Positions 1 through 8,948 of a stretch of DNA of 64,000 nucleotides are shown here, piece after piece. A model generated the notes under the pieces. It was not told the DNA's origin, did not search any database, and saw nothing but the letters and a program-made list of their open reading frames with translations. Numbering within the stretch: position 1 is the first letter of the stretch; each line of letters begins with the position of its first letter. Position numbers and translations under genes: made by a program. This DNA comes from Dehalococcoidia bacterium (GTDB taxonomy: Bacteria; Chloroflexota; Dehalococcoidia; Lucifugimonadales; UBA1123), in the NCBI GenBank assembly GCA_965116405.1, contig OZ220685.1, positions 2,007,751 through 2,071,750 of the forward strand. Direction: 5' to 3'.

Positions 1-402
1 CTGGCTGACCGACTCGAAGCTGTCCACCTGGAGCATGGCGCCTATCATCAGCGTCGGTGCGAAGACGGGGTCGGTAGGAGCCAGTATCCCCGCCACGGCA
101 GGGTCACTCACGATGCTGTCGAGCAGGGCATCCATCTGTGAGAGGCCCTGGGGTGTGAGCGCGTCTCCACGGAAGAGGATCGTTGAGACTCGGACCTCGC
201 CGGACTCCCCGAAGCGTTCTTCGATCTCAGCAATCGCGTCGGTAATGGGGCTCCCATCGGGAAGCGCCGCCGCTGCGTCCGGCGGGGGCTCACGCAACGC
301 TGCCCCGGAAGCAAGCGCAACGGTAACCAGCAGGAGGACAAGAAGCGTGACCCATGGGCGAACCGTGACTGCCCAGCTAAACCTGTTAAGAAAGTTGTTC
401 AT
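1..402 (-). CDS. MMPL/RND-superfamily exporter, N-terminal fragment (the gene continues past the window start)
   Basis: This gene is absent from the ORF track because it has no stop in the window. My reverse-strand translation from ATG (400-402) stays open to base 1. It reads MNNFLNRFSWAVTVRPWVTLLVLLLVTVALASGAAL... followed by a soluble loop, which is the usual short N-terminus plus first TM plus periplasmic loop of COG1033/MMPL-type exporters. The + strand ORF 35-409 is low-complexity antisense. Confidence 0.4.
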   Translation of the reverse strand, partial: MNNFLNRFSWAVTVRPWVTLLVLLLVTVALASGAALREPPPDAAAALPDGSPITDAIAEIEERFGESGEVRVSTILFRGDALTPQGLSQMDALLDSIVSDPAVAGILAPTDPVFAPTLMIGAMLQVDSFESVSQ

Positions 403-688
403 GACCTAATCTCTTCCTGTTCGGTTCTGGTGAGGCTTCAGATGCCGTCAACCAGATTGCTGACAGCGCTACTTTATCTATTGTGGCTATTTATCATAAT
501 CACAGTATATGTTTCTGCGCAATGAGATTAACGCCTCACCAATTCGTGATTGGCCTTCCAGGCTGGGAAGTCAGCGTTAAGCTAAGGTAAGACTTCTGAC
601 TGATTCTACCCTGAGCGGGGATTTCTAAGCAGACGGTCCCGGCCTGTATACCAGGGCCTTTCGATTACCTGTGACTATGACAGTTCCC

Positions 689-758
689 CGTTCGCCCTGA
701 CCTTGTCGAAAGGCCGCCCGCTCATGGTTCGACAAGGCTCTCGTGAGCTGGACGAACG
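689..758. repeat. Palindromic REP-like element (family 3, TTCGACAAGG type)
   Basis: A perfect 10-bp inverted repeat, CCTTGTCGAA (701-710) / TTCGACAAGG (728-737), is flanked by an outer pairing CGTTCG (689-694) / CGAACG (753-758). A related half-copy lies at 50334-50356. Confidence 0.55.
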
Positions 759-916
759 ACTCACCACGAACGAACTTCCTGGCATCATGGGACAATCGAG
801 AGACCCCGGCCCTTATCCAGAGTACGGTTGCGGCGATTGACGGTCTTCCTTCCGGTGCGTACTATCCCAGCAGCAGTTGAGGGCGCCACGTTAGAGTCAT
901 ACCCAGGAGGCAGGGA

Positions 917-2482
917 GTGAAGTACGACTACATCGTCATCGGCGCGGGTTCGGCGGGGGCGATACTCGCCACAAGGCTTTCCGAGGACCCCAACACCTCG
1001 GTGCTGCTCCTGGAGGCGGGCCCAGACTACCCGGACATCGACAGCCTCCCCGAGGAGGTCAAGTACGGCTACAAGTCGACCAAGCCCATCTGGGACAGCG
1101 ACCACAACTGGCAGTTCACGGCAAGGGGCACCGAGGAGGCGGAGATCGAGATCCCCAGGGGCAAGGTGACCGGTGGGTCCAGCGCCATCAATGGGCAGAT
1201 CTTCCTCCGAGGCATACCCGAGGACTACGACGACTGGGCAGAGTGGGGAAACGACGAGTGGAGCTTCCAGAAGCTGGTGCCGTACTTCAACAAGGTGGAG
1301 ACCGACACCACCTACCAGGACGACCCTGGAGACTTTCATGGCTCAAGCGGGCCCATCATCTGTCACAGGTTCCCAGAAGAAGAGTGGCGGGAAGGCAACC
1401 GGGCATGGTTCGAGGCCTGGCGGGACAACGGTCACCCGTACTGCGAAGACCACAACGCTCCCGGCACCGCGGGGGTGGGCCCGACGCCTCTGAACAACCC
1501 GAACGGCATCCGCTGGTCCACGTCCATAGGGTACCTGGGCCTTTCACGTCACCGGCTCAACCTGACCATCAGGGCCAACGTGACGGTCAAGAGGATAATC
1601 TTCGACACAACCGGGGAACGCCCGAGGGCTACTGGTGTCGAGGCGGTTTCCGACGACGAGACATTCGTGGTCGAGGCCGACGAGGTCATCCTCAGCGCGG
1701 GCGCGATCGGGTCGCCGCAGATACTGATGCTGTCCGGGGTCGGTCCGAGCGACCACCTCAGCGAGCACGGAATTGCGACCGTCGTCGACTCTCCTGGTGT
1801 CGGCCAGAACCTGGCGGACCATCCCCTCATCAGCATACTGTGGGCCACGAATCCGGAAGTGGAACTGCAGCGCTTCGTGCCCAACGGACAGCTTGTGGTG
1901 AGGTACACGGCCGAGGGCTCGGCGCTGAAGACCGACATGATCGTCTACCTGAGCGCCGGTGCCGGGAGGAATCGACGCATGGGCGGCCAGCATGGCGACC
2001 TCGTGGGCCTTGGTGCAGGACTCGGGCTGAACTTGGCGATTTCCAAGGGCGAACTAAGGCTGCGCTCGAACGACTACAGGGACCAGCCCTATCTCGACTA
2101 CAACCTCCTCGATCACGAGGAGGACCTGCGCAGGTACCGGGACGGGGTTCGCCTCGTGGTTAGCCTGGAGGACCACCCCTCGATGGCCGCCATGATCGAC
2201 GAGAGGGTCTACCCTGAGGACTCAGACCTCGAGTCGGACGAGGCGCTCGACCTGTGGATCAAGAGAAACGTGGGGACCGGGCACCACATCTCCTGTACCG
2301 CCAAGATGGGGCCCAGCTCAGACCCGATGGCCGTAGTCGACCAGTACGGCAATGTGTACGGAGCGGACGGCCTGAGGGTCGTGGACGCCTCTATCATGCC
2401 CGAGTGCGTCCGCGCCAACATCAACGTCACAGTCCTGATGATAGGCGAGCGCGTCGCAGACATGATTAAGCAGGGGCGGTGA
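917..2482 (+). CDS. GMC-family FAD oxidoreductase (choline-dehydrogenase-like)
   Basis: 521 aa. It has the N-terminal FAD fold YDYIVIGAGSAGAILATRL..LLLEAG, the GMC motif GKVTGGSSAINGQIF, and the C-terminal region GHHISCTAKMG...GLRVVDASIMP. It uses a GTG start. It is a paralogue of 18425-19978. Confidence 0.9.
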   Translation: MKYDYIVIGAGSAGAILATRLSEDPNTSVLLLEAGPDYPDIDSLPEEVKYGYKSTKPIWDSDHNWQFTARGTEEAEIEIPRGKVTGGSSAINGQIFLRGIPEDYDDWAEWGNDEWSFQKLVPYFNKVETDTTYQDDPGDFHGSSGPIICHRFPEEEWREGNRAWFEAWRDNGHPYCEDHNAPGTAGVGPTPLNNPNGIRWSTSIGYLGLSRHRLNLTIRANVTVKRIIFDTTGERPRATGVEAVSDDETFVVEADEVILSAGAIGSPQILMLSGVGPSDHLSEHGIATVVDSPGVGQNLADHPLISILWATNPEVELQRFVPNGQLVVRYTAEGSALKTDMIVYLSAGAGRNRRMGGQHGDLVGLGAGLGLNLAISKGELRLRSNDYRDQPYLDYNLLDHEEDLRRYRDGVRLVVSLEDHPSMAAMIDERVYPEDSDLESDEALDLWIKRNVGTGHHISCTAKMGPSSDPMAVVDQYGNVYGADGLRVVDASIMPECVRANINVTVLMIGERVADMIKQGR

Positions 2483-2503
2483 GGGGCGGCTCCCAAGCGT
2501 CGC

Positions 2504-3448
2504 CTAGCGATCGTCGACTTCGATCAGGACGAGGCTGTACAAGGCCCGCGCCTTGTCGGAAGGGTAGGCTTCGCTGCCCTCGTAGGTGATGTTGTCCAGC
2601 CCGAACTTCGCCATGTCCTCGAGGGTGAATGCCCAACCACCTGAACCCTGAATGGCCGCCCAGCGCTTGGGAAAGTGACCATAGACGGAGATATCGGCGT
2701 CCACCCCGATTCTTTCGTAGAAGGCCCGTTCCAGTTCGATGACCATCTCTTGTTCGGCGACGAATCTCGCGACCATTCTATTGAACCCTACCTGGTCAAG
2801 GAATTGGACCTCATCTGGAGCAGCAGAACGGAGGAGAGAGCCAGCAGTAGTGTCGACGATCAACTTGCGGACGCTGATTCCATTCCGTTCAGCAAAGAAG
2901 TAGTCCTGGCGGGCAGAACCGTGCCAGCCAACGATCCCGCCGTCCTCGATGACCTTGTTTCTGCCCGCCGGGAAGACGTAGTTGGCGCAGGACGAGAAGC
3001 ACAGACCACGTACGTGCACGTCCCAGCTGTTTTCGTAGACAAGTTCTCCGATCTTTATTCCCCAGAACACCGTGCCGCCAGGCGACGTGATCGCGAGTTC
3101 TGTAATGCTGCCCTGTTCCGCAAGCCGCGTGAGCTTGTCGTAGCCCGCTGTGTTGGTCTCACCAATGTAGATGACTGACGAGCCTTCGACCCTTATCGAA
3201 GGCTCGCTGTGGATGGAGCGCCGCGATGCTTCCAGATGGCTTTCGCTTATGGTCGGGATAACAAGCTCGTCCGGGTCCGGGATGACCAGGCCACCCGTCC
3301 TGGAAGTTGCCTCAGGTCCTGGTGAGGGTGTTTCCTGAGTCCCCGGAGTCGGCATCGTCGTGGATGAGTCGGGACTGTCGCCGCCGCCGCAGCCGGCAGT
3401 TGCGAGCACCACCACGAGCGGTAAAACGAGAAGGATGGCTCTCTGCAT
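2504..3448 (-). CDS. Lipoprotein with a ClpP/SppA-like (S14/S49-type) fold
   Basis: The likely start is MQRAILLVLPLVVVLATAGC (signal peptide plus lipobox), internal to track ORF 2504-3514. The core LAITSPGGTVFWGIKIGE...GLCFSSCANYVF...GIVGWHGS parallels the INSPGG / G.AaS / H motifs of ClpP and SppA. Confidence 0.5.
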   Translation of the reverse strand: MQRAILLVLPLVVVLATAGCGGGDSPDSSTTMPTPGTQETPSPGPEATSRTGGLVIPDPDELVIPTISESHLEASRRSIHSEPSIRVEGSSVIYIGETNTAGYDKLTRLAEQGSITELAITSPGGTVFWGIKIGELVYENSWDVHVRGLCFSSCANYVFPAGRNKVIEDGGIVGWHGSARQDYFFAERNGISVRKLIVDTTAGSLLRSAAPDEVQFLDQVGFNRMVARFVAEQEMVIELERAFYERIGVDADISVYGHFPKRWAAIQGSGGWAFTLEDMAKFGLDNITYEGSEAYPSDKARALYSLVLIEVDDR

Positions 3449-3663
3449 GGGATGCCCTCTACAAGACGGACTGGGCGCTTGGCAGCGAGAAGGCCAGACA
3501 CTTAACCTCGCCAATCCAGTTGTGAGCCTGTTTAAGGTCTTACGCTGCTACGTGATAACTCGGATTCGCCACGTCATTGGGTAAGTAGACGCAGTTTGGG
3601 CTCCACGTAGATCGAACTAATAGCATAATCAATGCCCTAACCTGGCGGCGAGACGCTCACTCG

Positions 3664-5634
3664 TTAGTCACCGGGGTCTGACAGACTAACGTATCCTTCA
3701 TTGGCCAGTCCCTGGAAGAGATTGAGGATGTGCTGGGGGTCGAGGTCGAAGTCGAACTCGGCGGCCACGGCGTCGGTGATGTCGTTTACGGTTCGGTGTC
3801 CATCGGTGAAGTTCCAGATCTCGTCGCCGATGATGCGCAGCGAGTCGTATCTCATGTTGGGATCCCTGGCGTGCATCTCCTCGGCCATGCGAACGAGGTC
3901 CCAGTAGCCGGTGCCTGCCAGACCGGGGGCATCACGCTCTATCAGGCGTCTGGGCACCACATTGCCGGGGGCGAATTCGTCAGAAACGGGGCTGTCGTCC
4001 TGCAGCCAGCCCAGCGTCTGCTGCAGCCGGTCTGCGATCTCCTCCTGGACATCGTCCCTTGTGGACTCCAGCTCCGGGAGCTGCCTCCGCTCTTCAGAAC
4101 TGGTCAGTACCATTGTGGACTCCACTGCCTGCATGTCTCTCAGGGCAAACTTTAGAAGTCGTTTACGTGTCCGGGCGTCATCTGTGCTCTCCAGAGCTAT
4201 GCGTCCCAGCCGGAACTGGCTGCGGTTGCCCACGTCTCGCATTATGGACTGGACCTCGGACGGCCCGGCATATGCCAGCTCCAGGGCCGCCAGAGCGGTG
4301 GTGATACCGCACCGGCGGAAGACCTTTGGGTCGAGGTTGTCTGCTGTGAGGTAGTCGGTGTGGAAGTAGAGGTCAGGCCAGGACATGAGGAGGGGCGACG
4401 GCACTCCAAAGGCGGGATAGTAGTGGTTGTCGCTCCAAGGGGTGTAGGGGAGGTCGGTGAAGTTTACGAATGGAATGCGGTCGCCTTCGCTGAATACCCA
4501 TCGGGTCTCCTTCGGCGTCGACTCCATCAGGCTCACGTAGTAGTCGTTGATGAATGTCGGTACGGAGTCGGGAGAGTGATAGAAGAGGAGGGCCGACTTG
4601 CACTTCTCCTGGTCGTGTCCGACGCTGTCGAGGGCTATCGCGGCAATGGTACGTTCGACTTCCGCCCTGTGGTTCTGAATGTAGTGCTTGGTGCCGTGAC
4701 CCTCGACGTTGATGAGGAAGCGGATCGTTCGCTTGGGGCGCGGGATGCGTCCGCTGGAGATGAGGGCAGATATGACGCGACCCATTTCAGCCATCAGCGC
4801 GGGGCCGGATGCGCAGTTGGCTCCGGGTTTCGTGCCCGCCGTTGAGTGGGCTACGAACTGGATGATCTGCCCGCCTTCGTCAGTGCCGGAGATGTCCGCC
4901 AGCAGGTTCTGGGCCTCTCCCTCGAACGTCTTGGCCTGGATGTCCGCCCAGATGTTGACGCTACCCTGATTTGCCAGGGAGGCCAGTTGCTCCGCCGCAT
5001 GGTAGTTGACCACTATGGCCCAGGCGCTTGGCAGGTTGGAGGGCATTCGCAGGAGTTGCACCGGATCGGGAAGCGATTCGCGAGTGCGGAATGGCGCTGT
5101 CTGGTACAGGAGGTAGTCGGTGATGATTCCAGCGGCGCCGTGCTCCATTGCCAAGTTAGCGGCATGGGCGAATCCAGTGGGGCGCGTTGTGCCCCTGATT
5201 AGGACTGCTTTGCCTTGCACTTCCTTGTCTTTATAGTCCTCAGCGCGTTCGCCGGTGCCTACGTCGACCAGTTCCAGCGTCGCACCACCGTCCGGAGTGG
5301 ATGGCGTCCACCATGGGAGGCATGACGGGGCAGTCTCGTAGGAGACGAGCAGCCTACCAGTGGGTGAGCCGATTCTCAGCTCAGCGCTGATCGGCTCCCA
5401 CGCCAGGGGCATGGTGACGTTCATGAACTGCGTCTCGCCGTCCAGGGGATACCGCTCAACCCACACTTCATCAAGATTGTTGGATCGCAGGAGGTCCGCC
5501 ACGAAGTCGGTGGCGCGGTGGTACCCGGTAGCGCCGGGAGAGCGGTAGAACTGGGTGATGTGGGTAGCGGATTCCAGTGCCCTCTCGCCGGAGAGTTCCT
5601 GCTCCAGCCTCTGTACAAGCTCTCGGCGATTCAT
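3664..5634 (-). CDS. M28/DUF4910-like aminopeptidase-like protein with a C-terminal winged-helix-like tail
   Basis: The likely start is MNRRELV (ATG at 5632-5634). The body is PA-domain-like plus M28-like (FVAHSTAGTKPGANCASGPAL...NVEGHG). The C-terminus is ...DGHRTVNDITDAVAAEFDFDLDPQHILNLFQGLANEGYVSL. The family assignment is from memory of the DUF4910/M28 architecture. Confidence 0.5.
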   Translation of the reverse strand: MNRRELVQRLEQELSGERALESATHITQFYRSPGATGYHRATDFVADLLRSNNLDEVWVERYPLDGETQFMNVTMPLAWEPISAELRIGSPTGRLLVSYETAPSCLPWWTPSTPDGGATLELVDVGTGERAEDYKDKEVQGKAVLIRGTTRPTGFAHAANLAMEHGAAGIITDYLLYQTAPFRTRESLPDPVQLLRMPSNLPSAWAIVVNYHAAEQLASLANQGSVNIWADIQAKTFEGEAQNLLADISGTDEGGQIIQFVAHSTAGTKPGANCASGPALMAEMGRVISALISSGRIPRPKRTIRFLINVEGHGTKHYIQNHRAEVERTIAAIALDSVGHDQEKCKSALLFYHSPDSVPTFINDYYVSLMESTPKETRWVFSEGDRIPFVNFTDLPYTPWSDNHYYPAFGVPSPLLMSWPDLYFHTDYLTADNLDPKVFRRCGITTALAALELAYAGPSEVQSIMRDVGNRSQFRLGRIALESTDDARTRKRLLKFALRDMQAVESTMVLTSSEERRQLPELESTRDDVQEEIADRLQQTLGWLQDDSPVSDEFAPGNVVPRRLIERDAPGLAGTGYWDLVRMAEEMHARDPNMRYDSLRIIGDEIWNFTDGHRTVNDITDAVAAEFDFDLDPQHILNLFQGLANEGYVSLSDPGD

Positions 5635-5756
5635 GGCTGTGCTCCTTTGGGGATGGGCCTGAACACACGGATGTGTGATAACTTGCACTCTATCAGCCTG
5701 TCCGATCATTTAGGTATGAAGTCAGCTTTGCAACTCGCTAATGGAGGAAAGTCACC

Positions 5757-6518
5757 ATGCCGTTTTACGAAAGAGGCTCTACCAGCATCTACTACGAGGA
5801 AGTCGGGTCCGGGTTCCCGTTGATGATCATTTCGGGCGGGGGACTGAATTCCAGCATCGCATCCCTGAGCACTGCGGTGCCGTTCAATCCCATGGAGACC
5901 TACAAGGACGACTTCCACTGCATCGCCGCCGACCTTCGCAATGCCGATGGGGGGCAGTCCAGCGGCCCGCTGGAGATCGACCGTCCATGGGACGCCTACT
6001 CTGAGGACCAGCTAGGGCTGATGGACCACCTCGGCATCGACAAGTTCCTGGTCATGGGCTTTTGCATCGGCGGGCCGATGATCCACAACCTGCTCAGGCT
6101 GGCCCCTGACCGCGTTGTGGCGGCTGCGCTGATGCAGCCCAGCGGGTTCAACCCGGACGCGCCCAACATCTTCTACGAGAACAACACGGAGCGGTGGGCG
6201 CCGCCCCTATGTGCGAGACGTCCTGACGTCTCGAAGGAGATGGTCCACGACTTCCTGACCAGCATGTACACCAGCCGCGCCGACTTCGTCTTTACAGTGT
6301 CGCGAGACTTCGTACGAACGCTGCAGACGCCACTGCTGATTGCCCCCGACGACGTGCCGGCGCACCCGTACGAGTGCGCGATGGAGGTTGCCAGCCTGGC
6401 GCCGAACGCTGAGGTGACCATCTATCCCTGGAAGGACACGCAGGAGAACATCGACAACGTGGTGGACCACGCCCGACGCTTCCTGAAGGCACACCAGCCG
6501 GTAGCCGCGAAAGCCTAG
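5757..6518 (+). CDS. Alpha/beta-fold hydrolase (nucleophile elbow G-F-C-I-G)
   Basis: 253 aa. The N-terminus is YYEEVGSGFPLMIISGGG, the elbow is FLVMGFCIGGPM, and an SD (GGAGGAAAG) lies upstream of the ATG. Confidence 0.7.
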   Translation: MPFYERGSTSIYYEEVGSGFPLMIISGGGLNSSIASLSTAVPFNPMETYKDDFHCIAADLRNADGGQSSGPLEIDRPWDAYSEDQLGLMDHLGIDKFLVMGFCIGGPMIHNLLRLAPDRVVAAALMQPSGFNPDAPNIFYENNTERWAPPLCARRPDVSKEMVHDFLTSMYTSRADFVFTVSRDFVRTLQTPLLIAPDDVPAHPYECAMEVASLAPNAEVTIYPWKDTQENIDNVVDHARRFLKAHQPVAAKA

Positions 6519-6527
6519 CGATTCGGT

Positions 6528-7625
6528 TCAGGCAACCGGCAGCTCCCTGCCCGTGTCCGACGCCTGCTTGAGGGTGTCGATGAAACGGTGCAGGTCGACC
6601 GCGACATCGAACGTCGGTGCGCGGTTCTGTCCGGTGCGTATCGCCTCTGCGAACAGGGTGTATAGCTGCCCGACGTTGAAGGGGTCGCCGGTGGGGAAGT
6701 CGGACGGCAGGTAGACGAATCGTTCAGGTATCTCAAGGTCCTGGGGCTCGTGGCTGCGCTGTGCGCCCTGCACGCGGAGCATCTCGCCGCGCTGCGACGA
6801 GACGCTCCCTGTGGTGATCAGCGTGCCTTCCCGTCCGAAGATCTCCATCCGAAAGCCGGTACCGGCCCACGGGACAGCGCCAACGTGGACAGAAGCGGCT
6901 GCGCCGCTCTCCAACTGTCCGCTAACCCGCACGTTGTCCGGTGATGTGACATCCACGAACTGCTGGGTGTCGGTCTCGTACCACTGATCTACCTGGGTGG
7001 TGGCCATGCACGCGACCCGGGCGAAGTCGCCTGCCACGAAGCGCAGTGCATCGATGACGTGTCCGTTGGCGATGGTCAGGGTGTTTGCACCCTGGCTGAT
7101 ATCGCCCTGCCAGGTGTCGCCGGAAGGGCGTTCCAGCGCGCCAGCGCGCATCGTGGTCACATGACACGAGATCACCTCTCCCACGTATCCTGTCTCAAGT
7201 AGCTCCTTGACGAACAGCAATGCGGGGCTGACGCGGGACTGCAGACCCACTACGGTCTGCACACCTCTGTCACGGGCGAGATTCGCAAGTTCCACGGCCT
7301 CGGCCGTATTCTGGCCCAGAGGCCACTCGGTGAGGACGTGCTTTCCGGCTTCGATGGCGGCCTTCGTTGGCTCGTAGTGCGACGGCACGCGCACAACCAC
7401 GGCCACAGCGTCGATGTCCGGCGACGCCGCCATCTCTCGGAAGTCATGGAAGGCGAGCTTCGCTCCGAAGGCCTGGCGAGCCTCTTCCGCACTCTCGGCG
7501 CGGGTGGTGCAGACCGCGGTGAACTCGACATCCGGGCTGGCCAGCAGCGCCGGGAAGTGTGACTGCGAGGCCCACGTCGCGTTCACGTTCGCGCCAACAA
7601 ACCCCAGCCTTATCTTGTCTGCCAT
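6528..7625 (-). CDS. Gfo/Idh/MocA-family NAD(P)-dependent oxidoreductase
   Basis: 365 aa. It has the N-terminal Rossmann segment IRLGFVGANVNATWASQSHFPAL and EWPLG in the middle. A strong SD, AAGGAAGGAG, precedes the ATG. Confidence 0.85.
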   Translation of the reverse strand: MADKIRLGFVGANVNATWASQSHFPALLASPDVEFTAVCTTRAESAEEARQAFGAKLAFHDFREMAASPDIDAVAVVVRVPSHYEPTKAAIEAGKHVLTEWPLGQNTAEAVELANLARDRGVQTVVGLQSRVSPALLFVKELLETGYVGEVISCHVTTMRAGALERPSGDTWQGDISQGANTLTIANGHVIDALRFVAGDFARVACMATTQVDQWYETDTQQFVDVTSPDNVRVSGQLESGAAASVHVGAVPWAGTGFRMEIFGREGTLITTGSVSSQRGEMLRVQGAQRSHEPQDLEIPERFVYLPSDFPTGDPFNVGQLYTLFAEAIRTGQNRAPTFDVAVDLHRFIDTLKQASDTGRELPVA

Positions 7626-7670
7626 AATCAGTGCTCCTTCCTTGTTTGACGCTGGGATAGCGATTCCCGC

Positions 7671-8744
7671 TCAGCCGATGGGAGTCTCTGACCCTCTCCG
7701 GTTTGCCAGCGACCTCGGGGTCAACTCGAACAGCGGCTCGTCTCCCTGGAAGAACCGCTCCAGCTCATCGACCATCAGGGTGAAGAATCGCTGGTAAGTC
7801 GTCTCGGTGGCGCTGGCTATGTGCGGGGTCAGGAAGGCGTTTGGGAGTCCTATGATCTCGCTGTCCGCGGGAATCGGCTCCGGGTCGAACACATCCAGTC
7901 CAGCGACGATGTCGCCGCGCTTGAGGCGAGCTATGAGCGCGTCGCTGTCGACCACGGCTCCTCGAGACACGTTCACGAAGGCGGAACCAGAAGGGATCAT
8001 GTCCAGCTCGCGCTGGCCGATCATTCCCTCCGTGGCAGGTGTGTGGGGGGCCAGGCAGACGATGACGTCGGACTTCGAGAGGACGTTTTCGAGCGAGGTC
8101 TTCACGACGCCGATCGCGTCCGGCATCTCGCTGGCCAGGTAGGGATCGTACACGCGAATGTCCACTTCGAACGGTCTGAGGTACCTGACCAGCCTGCGCC
8201 CGATGTGACCGCATCCGATCAATCCAACCCGCTTTCCGGTCAGCTCCCTGCGGGGGAATCCAGCTTCGTCGTGAGCGGGTTGGGACGCGTCCCCAGCCAG
8301 GATTTTTCGGAAGCTCGCTCCTGCATTGCGGAGCGATATCAGGATGAGCGCAAGTGCCCACTCGGCAACCGGGTAGGACGAACCTTGCGTCGTATCGACG
8401 GTGCGAATTCCACGCTCCCATGCGGACTCCACGTCGATGCGGTAGGCGAACCTGTCGCCCTCGAGTTCTCCAATGAGCCTGAGATTAGGGGCGGCGTCCA
8501 TGACGTCGGCACTGATCAGTGGGGAGCCGTGACACACTATGAGGCAGTCGACATCGCTGACACGCTCGATGAGCTGTCTGATCGCATCGGGGTCCTCATT
8601 CGGGCCGAACGGGACACCTCCCTCCAGGTTTAGCCACTCCCATTCCGCCAGCGCAGAGAGCCGTTCCAGGTCCGAAGGCGATAAGGCCCTGTCGCGCACG
8701 CGCTGGTCGCATACAATCAGCACCTTGTGCTCATAAGCTGTCAT
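7671..8744 (-). CDS. D-isomer-specific 2-hydroxyacid dehydrogenase family protein
   Basis: 357 aa. It has the NAD site RVGLIGCGHIGRRLVRYL and a catalytic region ending in AFLTPHIASAT. Confidence 0.85.
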   Translation of the reverse strand: MTAYEHKVLIVCDQRVRDRALSPSDLERLSALAEWEWLNLEGGVPFGPNEDPDAIRQLIERVSDVDCLIVCHGSPLISADVMDAAPNLRLIGELEGDRFAYRIDVESAWERGIRTVDTTQGSSYPVAEWALALILISLRNAGASFRKILAGDASQPAHDEAGFPRRELTGKRVGLIGCGHIGRRLVRYLRPFEVDIRVYDPYLASEMPDAIGVVKTSLENVLSKSDVIVCLAPHTPATEGMIGQRELDMIPSGSAFVNVSRGAVVDSDALIARLKRGDIVAGLDVFDPEPIPADSEIIGLPNAFLTPHIASATETTYQRFFTLMVDELERFFQGDEPLFELTPRSLANRRGSETPIG

Positions 8745-8848
8745 GGCATTTACCTCGAAGAGCGTTGTACAAAGGGCGGCCCGTCACGGGTGCCTCCAGT
8801 ACAGAGAATCTCGGACATTATACGTCTCGATGTCCCTCGCGACCTTCG

Positions 8849-8877
8849 TTGACGGTCTGTAGGGCCGATGCTACACT
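8849..8877 (+). promoter_or_regulatory. Candidate sigma-70-type promoter for the hydantoinase operon
   Basis: TTGACG (8849-8854), a 17-nt spacer, then TACACT (8872-8877), about 70 nt upstream of the hyuA ATG. Confidence 0.4.
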
Positions 8878-8948
8878 CGCGGCGATTTCGCGCACCCTGG
8901 GAACGGTCCGCTTCTGCCACACCCGCTCCCGGTTAGGAACATAAGCCC

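Noticed and set aside
35-409. A 124-aa plus-strand ORF at the window start.
   Set aside because: It is low-complexity (Ser/Ala/Arg-rich). The opposite strand is open from an ATG at 400-402 to base 1 and encodes a sensible signal/TM helix plus soluble domain.
7626-7673. An in-frame TGA between the 2-hydroxyacid dehydrogenase (stop 7671-7673) and the downstream Gfo/Idh/MocA gene (same frame, 45-nt gap), considered as a second Sec candidate.
   Set aside because: The spacer contains a strong SD (AAGGAAGGAG) correctly placed before the downstream ATG. Both proteins are complete at their termini. There is no redox motif around the TGA and no hairpin after it. Being in frame is a 1-in-3 coincidence.
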